From contig CM052816.1 of assembly GCA_028534125.1 (NCBI GenBank), positions 35,962,001 to 36,026,000 on the forward strand: a stretch of 64,000 bases of DNA. The letters are read 5' to 3'. Of this stretch, positions 38,514 through 52,109 are shown piece by piece. The notes under the pieces are model-generated. The model was not told the DNA's origin. It saw only the letters and a program-made list of their open reading frames with translations, and ran no database searches. The DNA comes from Lama glama (lineage: Eukaryota). Numbering within the stretch: position 1 is the first letter of the stretch; the number at the start of each line of letters is the position of its first letter. The translations under genes and the position numbers were made by a program.

Positions 38514-38902
38514 TGCTACGAAAACAAAATTCAACTGAGAATAAATCTGAAGATCTAATTGGCTTCATTTAATGATTCATGAATTGGTCCATATCCCACC
38601 TAGCAATAGGAGCTCCGTGGAGCTGTACAAAGTAGAAGACCTTTATTGGCCAAAACTGGGAAGCGACAACGAAAGAGCAGATTGTTTCAGGCAAGATTAC
38701 CTCGCTTCCCTTAGGGGGACATAAGAGGTCTACTAGATAGATTCCCTCACTAGTGCTGACCAGGAAATTCCAGACTGACTGGTTAAGATTACGTTCCTTG
38801 GGGAGGTTGATACCGTGATGAGGTTAGGTATTCAGTCTTGGTTTGGCGGTGTGGGCTTAGCATAAGTAGCTCCATTCGGGGCCTGTTGTCTCTTTTTAAA
38901 CA
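38514..38902 (-). mobile_element. ERV1-class solo LTR (MER34/MER39-like)
   Basis: TG...CA termini. 'aaaattcaactgag..aaatctgaagatctaattggcttcatt..atgattcatgaatt' resembles this LTR group. 4-bp flanks atac/atat. Confidence 0.8.
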
Positions 38903-39432
38903 ATATCTAGCAGCTCTGTGATGATATCTATTGTATGTGCGTGTGTGTGTGTGTTACTTAATTACCCAGACAGCCGCATCTGTGGTCTGGTGACCTTGTG
39001 TGTGAGGACCCAGGATGCTCGCATGGTAATTGTGGTCACTGGAGGTGGATGCTTTTCTGACCTAAGTCCTGGCGTGCTTTCAGTTATATTCTAAGAAGCC
39101 CTCCATCTACACTTCTCTTGGCTCCTGGTTCCTCAGAGAACCAACAGAAAGATAAACTGCAGGTTTAGTTCAGTGGGAGGAGGGAGGAGATCATTTTTGC
39201 CCAAAGGCATTATTCTGTGACGTTCCAAAGATAATGGGAGAGATTCCTTTCTCATGGGTAACTCCCCAGATTTTTTCCTATGAGATAACATACTGCCTTG
39301 AAGACTAGTCTTTTTTTTTCCTCTTAAGATCTTTATCTCTGTAATTGTTAGATTACATCTTGTCTTCTTTCCGGGCCTTCCTAGGCAGGCCAGAGCCCAA
39401 AGCCAGTTAATCTCCTTGCTCTTTCTCAAGAG

Positions 39433-39666
39433 CAACATTGTCCACTAGAAATAAAATGTGAACCACATATGTCATTTAAAGTTTTCTAATAGCTATATTT
39501 TTAAAGGTAAAAAAAAGAGGTAAAATTATTTTATCATTAACCCAACATATCCAAAATATTATTATTTCACCATTTAAACAATATAAAAATATTAATGAGA
39601 TGTTTTACATTTTTTTGTACCAAGTGTTCAAAATCTGGTGTGTATTTTACGCTTAAAACACATCTT
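39433..39666 (+). mobile_element. MER33-like hAT-Charlie fragment
   Basis: 'ttgtccactagaaataaaatgtgaaccacatatgt...aacccaacatatccaaaatattat...aaaatctggtgtgtattttac..ttaaaacacatct'. Confidence 0.88.
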
Positions 39667-39899
39667 AGAGACTGTGAACATCTAGAGAGTAGGGCTTGGC
39701 ATTTTTCCTGATTTACATCTGAACCTTTCCTCCACCCCCACTTTGCCTGGTTAGGTTCTTAATACAGGCTGCTGAATGAATGAATGAAGGCTCCATTTTT
39801 ATTAGACCTATTGTTTTAATCTTCTAAAGTTCATGTAGATCTTACTGAAGAGTTAAAAATTTATTTTGTGCCAAAATACACTAGAAATTCTTTTTATAG

Positions 39900-40110
39900 T
39901 GTAGTCACTATAAAAGTTTATAGTTGTAGGGGTTGGCGGAAGCAAAGCTGAGTTAGGAGTCTAGATTTGTATTCCATCGAATACTAGCAACCTTCTGTGT
40001 GACCTGGGGCTAATTGCTTAACTTCTCTGGTCCTCTCAACCTAGTCATCTGTAAAATGCTGTGGGATTAGATTACCTCTAGTATCCTTTCCTAGTCTCTG
40101 ATTGTGTAAT
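39900..40110 (+). mobile_element. MIR SINE
   Basis: 'ctgtgtgacctggggctaattgcttaacttctctggtcctc...catctgtaaaatg...gattagattacctcta'. Confidence 0.8.
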
Positions 40111-41314
40111 TTGGGTTTGAACAAATGTAGTTTTTTCTTTTGACAGTTTATATTATAGAAGAATAATAGCTCTCCTTTGCTGACCTTTGCAAACAAACCT
40201 GTGATCATTTTTATGAATTACTTCTGTATTCATATTCTGTTCATTTTCAAAAATTGAGATTCTTATCCCTGAAGGTGGTGGCATCATTTTCTGTATCCTT
40301 AGCACATAGATAATAAGGCAACAATGAATCATAAATGAATTTTTACTTATATTAAAAGCTATTGGCTATAGTTTGCTTGGTGGAGAAAGTTGGGGTATTT
40401 CAGCAGTGGTGGATGGAGCAGCTGCCTTTGTTTTTTGTTTTTTTTTTTATTACTAAAGAAATTCTGAGTAGACTTGATCCCTAAAAACTCGATTTATCAC
40501 ATTTTTCCTCATTCATGTTTGTCTTTACTGCCACCAAAAATGTTTTCCCTACCTTGCTCTTCTGACCATGTTATTCTCAAGCTCAAACTGTTCAGTGCCC
40601 CCAAAGAACACATTTGAGGCTTCTTAGCTTGTCATTAAAGGTACTGGATACTCATTCTGCCCGTCGACCTGCATTGCTCACTTTTCCTCACACTGAGTCT
40701 CCCTGGAATTGCAGGTGGGTCTGCCTGCCCCCCTCGACGTGTCTCAGGCAGTCCGTTCTCTAGCCGTTGCCCCTGCTCTTCTGCCCCCAAGACTGCCCCT
40801 CTTCTCCTCCAATTATCAGAATCATTCCCATCCTCCAAGGCTAGGCGGGGTGAGTTTCAAGCCCTGTCGTCACCCCAATCCATAATTCAGCAGCTGTGCC
40901 GAAATAACCCTCGCTCTTATCTGTCGTCCTCGCAGGCTGTCTTAAACAAGCGCCGACTTTTATACCAATAGATTTTGGACTGTTTCTCCTACTAAGTTGC
41001 AGTGTTCTCAGGACAGATTACTTTTTTTATTACTGCCGCAATTGGATGCTGGGTTCTAGTCCAGGCCCCAAATATAAAAGGGGCAAATGTGTAGGCAAGT
41101 AGTTATAATTGAGATGGAATAAGCACAAACATTGCAACATGCATAGGGCACCTTGGTGGACCAGTGGAGGGAGTAGACAGCTGTTCCTGAGGGAAATGTG
41201 GGGAAGGTTCATGGGGCTGGTGAGTCATTTCAGGCAGTGGGGACTGCACTGTTAAGCCTGAGTGCCGTGGAACATGGAGCATTTCCTGTGCCTCCTTTAT
41301 GGGTCTCCTTTACA

Positions 41315-41595
41315 GCAGTGTGGCCCAGTGATTGGGTGTACAGACTGGGGACAGAGGGCCTGGGTTCGAATCTGGATCTGACTTTTGTTGGCTCTATCAG
41401 TTTGGGAATGTTTAGTCATTTTGTGTTTCAGTTTTCTCCAGTGGAATATGGGAATGATAATAATAATAGTTTACTTTGGGGAAAAGTAGAGAAAGAAAGA
41501 GGAAGAGAGATACTTAGGAAGGAGGAGGGGGTTTCAATGAGTTAAATTAAGTAAAGAATTTAGACTAGAAAGTTTTTAATCATGGTTAGTTATTT
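41315..41595 (+). mobile_element. MIR SINE with purine-rich insert
   Basis: 'cagtgtggcccagtg...gcctgggttcgaatctggatctg...tttcagttttctcc...atgggaatgataata...aatgagttaa'. Confidence 0.8.
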
Positions 41596-42589
41596 TTATA
41601 TCTCTTAGTGTTGATTCTCACGATGCCATGGACATAGAAGGTGTTCGATGAATATTTCCTGAATGAACATTGCCACTAATCAATCAGTTACCTATGCATA
41701 ACTTCTGTCTGTTACAAAAACAGCCATTTCTAATGATAGCTCTCAGCAATACACTACTTGTTTGAGGGGTGGGTGTGTGTTAGTGATATGTGCTGGGTTC
41801 ATATTGGCTCGCTGGGGGAAATTTTCCAATTCTGAGATCAGTGACCTGAAACTTCATGTCTACTGTGATTTCCAGCTGCCTAGATTTCTGAGACAGCATG
41901 CCATAGGCAGTGTTTGCAGATTTGTTCATGGAGAATCAGTACACAGTGTCCCTTAGAGTTTCACATCTTTTGTGTGGGATTCAGTTTCTTTACTGAAATA
42001 CATATGAAATTAATAACATGGTGATGCCATGAAGCTCTCCTGAGTCATTTAACTTAAATGATACTATGTAAAATTGCCTTTCATACAATGAACAGTTTTT
42101 TTTCTCACAGATAATGCAATGTCTACTGCTTCACAAATTATAAACTGTGAATATTTACTTAGTATATAGCAGGTTCCTCATCTTAAAATTCATACCATTT
42201 TTGCCTTAAACTGAGATTATCTCCAAGTCTTTGTTAGGTGCTTTCTTTTTACAGGACTTGGCCTTTTATTGTTAATGTTAGAGTAGTTCTTCCAGAACAA
42301 CCTGCATGTAAAATGCAGGAAACAACGGCTACTTTTTAAAAAAAATACATATAGTAGCTTATTGAAACAATAATTGAATAATAAATATGATACTACAGAG
42401 CCAAAATTTAACTAATAATTATGTTAGGTTTTACTGTTATAGCTGTATTTTTGAAGCATTTGAAAATAAAATAGCAAGAAGTATTCCAAATGATTAAAAT
42501 CTGGAGTCTCCTAAAATAAGTAATGAAAATCATTATCACTGTATTTCCCCACATACATGCAAGACATTTTAGGCTTGCTGTCTAAATAG

Positions 42590-42770
42590 GCTTCATCAAC
42601 ACTTTTTCCTGGGCTCTCACCAAACACCTTGGGAATAGGTAGGGAGCCTGTTCTATTGCTTTTACAGATGGGTAAACTGAATCACAGAGCAGTTAAATGA
42701 TTTGCCCAGGGTTATGTAGTAATTAGGTATCTGTATCTGTACTCTTTTCGTTAGATCATTCTGCTGCTCA
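42590..42770 (-). mobile_element. MIR SINE
   Basis: 'ttttacagatgggtaaactgaatcacagagcagttaaatgatttgcccagggtta'. Confidence 0.85.
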
Positions 42771-45700
42771 AAATGTTTATTTCTGTAAGCATATAAATGT
42801 TTCGTACTTCGGTAATTCATTTTTATTTCTATGTAAGAAGATAAGAGAGGATAGCAGGTTAAGTTACCTGTGAGAGGGTGTGTATTTTAGTAAGGTGGGT
42901 CTAGCCTCTGGTTCTTTTTTATAGCGTATCACTAAAAATGTGTCCTCCTGGAGAATAAGAAAGAACACATTGTGTCAAATTCATTAATGGCATACATTGA
43001 ACAACAACAAAAGAAAAACTTTGTCTCATTTCAAACAGCCACCTTTTAAAACAGTATGTCAAAAGATGCTTTAACTCTTATCAGTCTGTAATGCCAACCT
43101 GAAGAATGAAGCTGTTATTCAGATAATTTAAAAAATACTCTTGCCTCAAATACCTTCATCCTGCCACAAAAAGACCTTTGGGGAATTCCTTTCCTGTGTG
43201 GCAGAGTTCCTTACAATAAACATACCTAAAGAAACCAGAAAACTCACTTCTCATATAACTGCTGCTTGAAAATGTTGGTCTGACTGATATATGAAGGTAA
43301 AATTTTCAATAATGTGATTTTTTAATGAAGAATGAAAATTGTCTGATTATTTGTTTAAAGGTAATTTTATGCATGCTGTCACTGAGGTTTTTAGTTTTTT
43401 TTAACAGATAAACAAGTTTCACTGGTGCGAAATGTTATTAATGATTATGAGGAAAATAATTTCAAAGTGACTGCTGATACTTTGGGTTAAAAATGGCCTT
43501 ACCTTTGAAGACTTTCTCTCTTTAGAACTTAAGTGTCTTTACATATTTTGCCTCATTTACTTTTACGGCATCCTTTACAGTGATTTGCATGGGTGGCACA
43601 GTACTTCCCACATAGGTAGTGAAACCCAGGCATAGGTTAAATGATTTACTCTTAATTTTATGCTGCCTTTTTTTCAGGCACTTTCTAAGGCTTTATGTGA
43701 CCATTATTCTAAGCAGTGCATAATTCAAAGCAGTGAGGAATTATGGGGACTGACTTAGAACACCACTGCTAAGAAAATCAAGACTATTCAGGGCCCTTAA
43801 TGACCCTTACCTCCTAAATGCAAGAATGGTTACAACTGTTGACATTTTGCAGTCATCGTAAAACGAAGGCATTGTAACTGGGCAAAACATATTCAGAATA
43901 TCGGGTAATATTCTATTTGCTTCACAGCTCATCAAGGCGGGTGTCTATATGAGCTGGTGATGATTATACCAATTCTGGAAACTTTGATAGTGAGGGCACA
44001 TCATCTTGCATGGTAGACAGGATTACTGGACATAGACGACCAGGTAGTAAATAGTGAAGTTCACAGTAGACTTTATCCCGTGCTGGCCCTTTCCCAACGT
44101 GCCGTGATACATTTTGAGCTCTTCCATTTTAGTTTCCATTATCTACCACCCAAGTTCTCAATTCAATTTCAGACTCGGGCAAAAGCCTGTAATTCTATTT
44201 GTTTTGGGTAAATTTAGCAAGCTGCTCCTGATTACACCTTAGCCAGAGACCATCTGTTGACTGGCGTGCCTCTCAGAGGAGTGGTTTCTGTAGGCGATGA
44301 ATGGGAAGAGGATTGGAACACCGCTGCTATTAGTAAGCAGATGCACTGTATCAGGGATCGTCCTTCCCGCCTTTCAATCTGCCAGCTCTCCGTGTTGATG
44401 GAGTGTCGTATGCCTGCGAGTCCTTCCATCCCGAGGCAGCGAGAAGTGCTCTCCTAGGGGCCATTTATCAAGTGCTTCTACTGGCCTTTGATGGAAAGGA
44501 ATTTAGGAGTCATAGTTTGATACACTTAAAGCCCGGCCACCTTCTCCTCTGCACGTCCTGAGTACGGATGTATGTGTATATATATCAACCCCATGTACAT
44601 GGTTTTCAGCAGCTGTGGTCACGTGCTGTCAAAAGCCCCACAGACGAAACAACAGGATACAGCTGTGCTCTGTAATGTACTGCGTAAACCTCCACAGGAT
44701 CAGGCTCACAATTCTTTAAAGCGGTAAAATTATTGCCGGTTCATTTGCATCAGATGGGGAAGATGTGCTAGATAAATTTAGAGTGTTGAAGAACAGTTTT
44801 GATGCTGACAGCGCTATGATGAGGGTTCTTTCTAAATGATGGTGTCGTTAGCTCAGGGCTGAGACGAGGCGGGTCTAAACACAACACAGGCAGTCGCTTC
44901 CTGTTGCAGGGAGACACGGTGGGGGGAAATGGACAGAATGAACATAAATTAGCTTCATCTCATTTTCTGAAAGAATTGGAGGAGGGAGTGAGGGAAGGAG
45001 GCTGTGGATTACCAGGGTGCTTGAAAACTGAAATTAGATCAGTGAAGTGAGAGGATTGGTTTCCGCCCTGTGTTGGGGGAAAGGGAGCAACGCCTCTGTG
45101 CTAACAGCTGCAGGTTGGCGTAATTAACTGGCTTCTGTAGGAAGTGCCTACGGTCATTGTAGAAACCCATCAGCTAGGATATTCCTCCTTGAGTTCAGCT
45201 TCTAAAGGTTGGCAGAAAGGGGTGGGGTAGTAGTATTGTATCCCAGCTGCAATACTTATCTTTAAGGCAAGAAAGAGTTTAAGTGTGATAAAAATCTCAC
45301 AGGATTCTGGATCCATTACTTTTTTCACCTGTTTGTCACCTATCATTTTGATGTTATGGTTTCTCTATTGTTTTCTCAATGCCACGAATTAAAGTGGGGT
45401 CGTTTCCTCCACCCCCAGCTCTCACATACAAACTCAGTATTCTTTAATTCTGGTTATGAAAATCATTTCAGGTTCATCAAACTGAGGGTTCATGTAGGAC
45501 CACAACAGAAATATATTCCCTAGTGTATATCTTAAATTTTAGTTAACAGTGACTGTATTAAAATGTTATCTCAATTAAAAAATTATAAACAAATAGAGAA
45601 TGTGCTACATATAAAGTACTAAACTATTTTCTAAAGGATTAAAATTAACAATCTTGAATGAGAAAAAATAGTTTCTGGGAATTTCTCTGCTAATCAGGGC

Positions 45701-46969
45701 AATTTGATTCATTGCTACTGAACTGATGAATGTGAGGCTGATTTAATAAGCTATAATATTTGCATTTACATGTCATCTCTAATATAACAGGATATAATAT
45801 ATTTAAAACTACTGCAGATCATCACCAAACCACATAACAATTGTTAAACGAATTGAATAAGAGGCCTAATTTACAGATAAAGGCTGTAGTTTGCTGATTA
45901 TATAGTTGATATTATGAAGACAATAAGAAATATCCTGAATTAGCAAAGGAATATTTTAAGACAATATTTAAAAATCATATAGTTGATTCACTTTCTGAGA
46001 ATGAGGCTTCACCCATAAAAATAGTTTTAACAAGGGTCTGTGGTCTTTAGGAAATGACATTGATAGATATGCTGAAGAAGGCATGTAGAAATTGGTGCTC
46101 GTGTTAGTTTAGATCATACATATGCCACTTCCTTACCTAGCCTGGTACGTACCCTGAAACAGGAAACATAAGACCAAGATGACACATGTCTGAATAAGGA
46201 GTAAAAGTTGGAAACAGAAGCTAATCCAGTGTGACTCCTCCCCACTGGTTCACGGGTTTCTTCCTGCAGGCTCCAGGAGGAATGATCCTGGCCAAAACAG
46301 ACCTAGGAAATACTAGGATTTAAAAAAAGTATCTTTCAGTTCTGGCTGAGAAGAAACAGAGTCAAGGTGATTTAAGTGTGAGGCGAGTATCCCTTGAAGA
46401 CCTTTGTCATAATATAGCTCTTTTATCACATTTGAACATATGCTCAGCTGCCTGCAGTGTCTCATGTTCTAGTCATGGCAGAACAGGCTAATTTTTAAGG
46501 GATTTGATTCCATGACACAAGTAGGGAAATAAGACTAACAAGCATACATTCAGGATAGACCTATAATAAAGTAAGAGATAAGACAGCCACACCTTGTGAG
46601 GACAGTGCTGGGTGGACATAAGGCCAGGCTAATACAGAGCCTTGTCTCTTTCATCTAGAGAAAATTGAACTCCGTTGAGTACGTATTGAGGCACTGTGGG
46701 AGAGACAAGTACATGATAGGTCTCTGCTTTGTACGAGGCTTCCTATGCTGGTAAAATCATTAGAGAACAAGAAGGACTTTGCGATACAGTGCTATGGTAA
46801 GAAGACTCTGGGAGGCCACAAACACAGTCTTTAGAGGATATATATGTAATATACATATGTTATGGGGAAGAGATGAAAGATCTGTCTTTATGTACCGTGG
46901 ATCACAGTTACTAGTGATAAATTTGCGTTAGTTTTGCCTCATTGTAGGTGATAAACAAAACCCCAACAA

Positions 46970-47310
46970 GCATATCATTACTGGGGATCAGTTTATAGAT
47001 GGAGATTATATTGCAGTGGTCTCCCTGGATGGAGGATCTGCTTTGAGAAATGCTCCCAGGAGTAGCATTTGGAAGAATTAAAGAGGAGGGAGAGAGAAAA
47101 GCTATAATTGAAGCTTCAGTGAGAATATTGTCAATGCCAAGTCACCACTCCCTGGTGCCGTGGATTCTTTCCTGCCGGCCGCAGGATGGATCATGTGGGC
47201 TGAACGTGCCCAGGACACTGCAGAACTGGGACCGGGACCCGTGGGCTTTGTCCTGCTGGCCCCTCTCAGATATTCCAGTTGGTGCTGCCAGCTTTACAGT
47301 CTCCATGGGC
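46970..47310 (-). mobile_element. Possible LTR33-like ERVL LTR fragment
   Basis: 'agatggagatt...tttgagaaatgctcccaggagtagcatttg...ggagagagaaaagct' loosely resembles LTR33. Highly diverged. Confidence 0.35.
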
Positions 47311-48485
47311 CTGTTTACCTTGGTGATTTGCATCTGATGCATTTATATTGGTCTTTTTTTTCTCCCTGGGATCCTGGAATCTCATTTATTCACTAGTGCA
47401 ATAAAAGTAGTGGCATGAAAATCCCTCCTTAAAGCAAGGAAGGGAAGAAGTGTTTAGGGAAAACAGCAACCGTGCTAACTGTGGCTCTAATTAAAATACC
47501 AAAAAAAGCCTTGTTCTTATTTAGAGGTAGCTAACATCCGCATCTCTGGATACACACAGATCAACGTTAGTCCATCTGTGGGTATCCCTGCTAACTTTTT
47601 TTTTTATCCAGTCAGTGTGTTTTCATTTCAGAACAAAACAATAACAGCCCTAGGATTGAAACACAAGAATTCTTTGGCCACAGCTTGCAAAAACCACGCT
47701 TGGTTGTGTGTGTAGGGAAAATTACTTTGAATAACAAAAGCACAAACAAGAACTGATAGAATAAGAAGCAATTAAGGTGGATTAACAACAGTTGCTGAAT
47801 TCCAGCTGTTGGCTGCAGATGCAGCTTGGCTCCTTAATGCAAACTAGTTGAAACCCGTTGCTATTCGGAGACCAGGAGGGAGGGAAGTGTGCCCACGATG
47901 CTGTCCAGACCAGGCATAGCTTTCTTGCTGTCCCTTGAAGGGGATTTAAATGTAGTATCTAGGATGTGTTTTACTTTCTCCTGATTTCTTCTGTTATTTA
48001 ACTTCCTTTGCCTTCTGTTATTTTGACATCTTTCTCTGTATTTTCTGTGTCCTTTTTGATTGAGAATGAGTAACCAAAATCTGTGTGCTTGCCGTTTGGT
48101 TGTGGAACACCTAAAGCCAAGAGAAGAGGGCAAAGTATGTGTTTGTCTCTGTTTTCAGTGGGAAAGAGGAGCTCACAGTAACAGAAATCACAGATTCCTT
48201 TTACTGCTCTGAATAATTATCTGGGTTGTTTCCTGGGCTGGGAGCTAGGCCACATTCAGAACCTCCTTATGGAGGACAGCCTCATAAAATTATAGGCCCA
48301 ACCACGCAACCCTGGGAAACCACGTGAACAGGTAATTTACCGTACACGGTCAGACACCGTATGCGGTCAGTCTCCTGCCGCCTTACCACAGTGTGTCTTA
48401 TTGCCGTCAAACCCATGTCCTTGGAAAGCCCTGCAGTCAGTGACGAGGAGTCGGCTGTCTCACAGTAGTGGCCAGGGGTCCTCTA

Positions 48486-49445
48486 CTGGGCCAGCTTCCA
48501 GGGCCCCGTGTTCAGAATGCGTCCCATGTGCCGTTCAATGCTCGCTGTCACCATCTCAGAATTCTTAGTCTTATCTCTGAACCAGTGTTTTGTTGTGCAT
48601 CAGCAGAAGTGGTATATAAAATACATATTCATATTTTATGGAGGGATAAGTTGGGAGTTTGTAATTTGCAGATATAAACAGCAAGGTCCTACTGTACAGC
48701 ACAGGGAACTATATACAGTATCTTGTAATAGCCTATAATGAAAAAGAATCTGAAAAGGTATATACATACACACACATATACGTATAACAGAGTCACTATG
48801 CTATACACTTAGAAATTGGCACAGCATTATAAACAGATTGTCCTTCAATAAAAATAAACATTTAAAAAATTAAAAGTAAAATATGTGTTCACCTGTTGGG
48901 GCACAGTTGGCAAAAGTGTTCACCACGCCCCATGAACATGGACTACGATGTCTGGGAGCTCAGGGACTCCAAGGGTGGACAGGGTCAGCGTATAATGGCA
49001 GCTGCTGTTTCTGTGGAGTGTTGGTAGAACATGCACACATCAAGAAGTAACATTTTAAAAGTTGAGTTAATTTCAATTAGCTTCATTAAGTGCTTCACCG
49101 TCCTAGTAAGAACAAAGTACATATGCATGTGTGAACTCCAGTATACAAGCTGTGACCTGGTGATTCCACATACAAGTTAAATGCTCTTACATTCACCTTT
49201 AGAACTGTCGTTGAGCCACATAAAGATGAATGGTAAAATTCATGCTAATAATTAAATACTTCAGTTTTTCTTTATTTAGAACAACATTAAATAGCAAATA
49301 AAAAAACATCACAAGAAATTGAGAGACCATGGAAGAAAGGGAATAGCTCTGTATTTTAGTGCATTTAATTTTTCCCTGCCTTTTGAACCAGAGGCCCTTC
49401 GTTTTTGTTTTGCACCATGCCCTGAAAATCACGGAGCGGGCCCTA
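48486..49445 (+). mobile_element. MER45-family (hAT-Tip100) DNA transposon, interrupted by L1
   Basis: 5' end 'gggccagcttccagggccccgtgttcagaa...aatgctcgctgtcaccatctcagaattctta'. 3' end 'ttttgaaccagaggccc...ttttgcaccatgccctgaaaat..ggagcgggccct'. Confidence 0.85.
48633..48876 (+). mobile_element. L1 3' end (cetartiodactyl type) nested in MER45
   Basis: 'gagggataagttgggagttt...aacagcaaggtcctactgtacagcacagggaactatat...cttcaataaaa' plus A-rich tail. Degenerate TSD at 48617-48632 / 48877-48892. Confidence 0.92.
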
Positions 49446-52109
49446 CTCAACTGGTCTATAGTCTCAGATTAACGGGTCTAATTGAAGAGGATACTAAGAT
49501 CTGATGCTCCCTAGGTAGCCTGTGAGACGCAGACACCAAACAGATAACGCATCTGTGCCTTCTTTTGAGCCTTAGCTGAGGCAGAGGTTCCCGTTTAATT
49601 AGACGCCACCGTATTTCAAAGTTTCTACCTGTTCAGAGAAACTTTGGCAGACTTCACGTTCAGGCAAACTATCTTTTCGTGACTGTAATTCTCCAATGAT
49701 ATGTGAGGATCCTTTCACCTTCTAGTTGTGGTTAACAAAAAGAATTCTGTACCAGACTAGTAACGTTATACAATCCACCCCTCTTGCCGGGCCTCTGCCC
49801 CGCCCCTCTCCTGACTTTTCTGTTTTCAGCGGAATGTGTACTTGTTCCTGCAGATAAGTCAGAAGACCATGGGCGTGTTGGTTTATTTGCCCTCATGAAC
49901 GTCAGCAGTTCTTTGACAGAAGTGTGTCTACTACCACGGACAGAAACACTGTCCGGCTTGCACTTTGCTCATGATATGTGTGAGCTCATACACTGCTCTC
50001 GCTGAAGGCGACTTACTAACTGGCTTCTTAGTCCAAACTGTGTTACTAAGTGGAAGCAACTCAGGGAGCTGGCTATAAAGCCACAGGCCCCTACTTAGGG
50101 CCAGTGGGAGAGCTGGTCAGGAGGAAGGCAGGCAGTGAGCCATGCAGAGGAGCCCAGGGGACATCGTTTCCCAGACTTTAGCAAAAAACCAAGAATGTCT
50201 TGCTCCTAGGAGCCAACCACATCAAGTGTCTACTTGATACTTTCCCCAAATCAGTTTATTTCAGCAGGCGAGCTGATGGCCCAGGGTGAGATGGAGAAGC
50301 CAAAAACCCTACCCCCGATCTGGTTTTTGTTATAGGTTTGCTGACCCAGATTTCTCTCCAGCATATTTCTCCCTAGGAATTGGTCAGGCACATAAGGAAG
50401 CTGCAGTTACACTTGAAGTGTGTGCGCTCTGATTGCTTAGCAAGCCCCAGAGACTGCATCAGCTATTGTCTTGGGCCAGAGTTGGCACTACTGCTGCAGG
50501 AGAGACATGTTTGCTCCTTTTGCTGCGGATCTGTTTTTGTGAGGCCAGGCGGGGTGTGGTAGGGCCCCATGTGGGAGGCGGCTGTCATAAGGGCTTCACC
50601 TCTCTCCTTGGGCCAAACCATCATCCTCTGTTGAAATGCAGGCAGCTAAGAATGGAGTAACTCACTAAGACTTGACCTCAGAAACTTGACAGGAACCCGA
50701 ACCCCTCATCTTGTCTGTGGCAAAGAGCTACAGAGTGGAGCATTTTTGTTTTTAAAATTAATATTGGGAGGATTGTGTGGAAACTGGAGGAGGGAGTCAT
50801 GAAAAATGTGGCCAGGCAGTCAGGAGGTCGACTTCTTGGTCTCATCTTGGACCAGTACTGGAGATGCCCTAGGCTTTCCTCCTGCCTTTGACTACAGAGA
50901 GCACCTGCTCCCTGACTGCCTGTCCAGGAATTCACTTCTGCCTGCCCTGGACCCTGTGACCATCAGCACCAGGTCCCTTAAAAGTACAAGTAAATATTCT
51001 TCTGCAACTTAGCTGTTTACAAATACAAATGAGTACAAGGTAAGTGTGGGAGTTTTCAGAGTCTTGTTCTTTACTTGGTTTTTCTTCTTGAAATAGGAAT
51101 TTGGGCCTTATAACCATTCTCCTTTGGCAACTTATTTTCAGTACCTGCAAAGCGGGCTGGTCGGAAGAGGACCCTTAGTGGGGCCCACTGAGCAGAAACA
51201 GGGCATGGGAAACACTCTGCAATTACCTGACACATTCAGCTTCTGAGTCCTTTAATTTTTCTTATCAGTAATTCACTTCAGATAACAACTCTGGAGATAA
51301 AATAGGCCTTAGGGGGCGGCTAAAGGGAACGAGAACATAGGTTTTATGGGTCTTTTTTATCTCCTGTTTACTAAAAAGTGTTTGGTTGTAAAAGGTAAAG
51401 ACAAAACTGTTGTGTCTGCTCCAGAAAATGAAGAAGTAAACATAATTATTACAGAGGGGCATTAGTGACAAATAGCATATAGTTACTTTTCCCTCGCCGG
51501 TGGCTTCCAATCTCGACTTCATTATTTTTTAGCACTTTTTGGCTCACCATTTGAAAATCAAACACAAGAATAGGCCTTAAGGCTAATTTTCTTCCAGGGC
51601 GAAATTGAGGGACCTGACTTATCTTCAGCCTAATTTTGTTCTGAGGACCATAAACAGGTGGCTTCTTTCTCTAATGGAATCCCAGTGTGTGAGAATGAAT
51701 GATGTGGGTCATTTGGAAGAGAATCAGATAATCATGATAAATAAAGGAAATAATACTTGTTTGCTTGAACTGCTGAATATTTGTCAAGAATGTGTTAGAG
51801 GGAAAAATAACATGCTCTGCTTTAAAAACACATTATCTATTTTTTAATATCTAACTTTTGTAATATTGAAGTAGGTAATGGTCTTTCTAGCTGAAGAGTA
51901 ATCATAATAATAGGATGACATATGACTCTTTCTTAATAGTGTCTGCCTAAGTGCAATGTTTTAGATAGAAAGTCTTGGAAGCATTTTCACAAAATTGGTT
52001 ATGAATATTGGTTTGTTTTTGAAGAATTCTTTTTTTAAGTTTTGATAACTATAAGAATGGAGGCTTTCCTTTAAACACTTGAGGAAAATTTGGGGGAGGT
52101 GCTTTTCTT

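Noticed and set aside
43409..43490. Strong acceptor (ttttttttaacag) followed by a protein-like frame KQVSLVRNVINDYEENNFKV
   Set aside because: Runs into a stop with no good donor nearby, and the peptide is not recognised.
47970..48060. Repeated ttctgttattt units
   Set aside because: Low-complexity pyrimidine-rich sequence, not a regular array.
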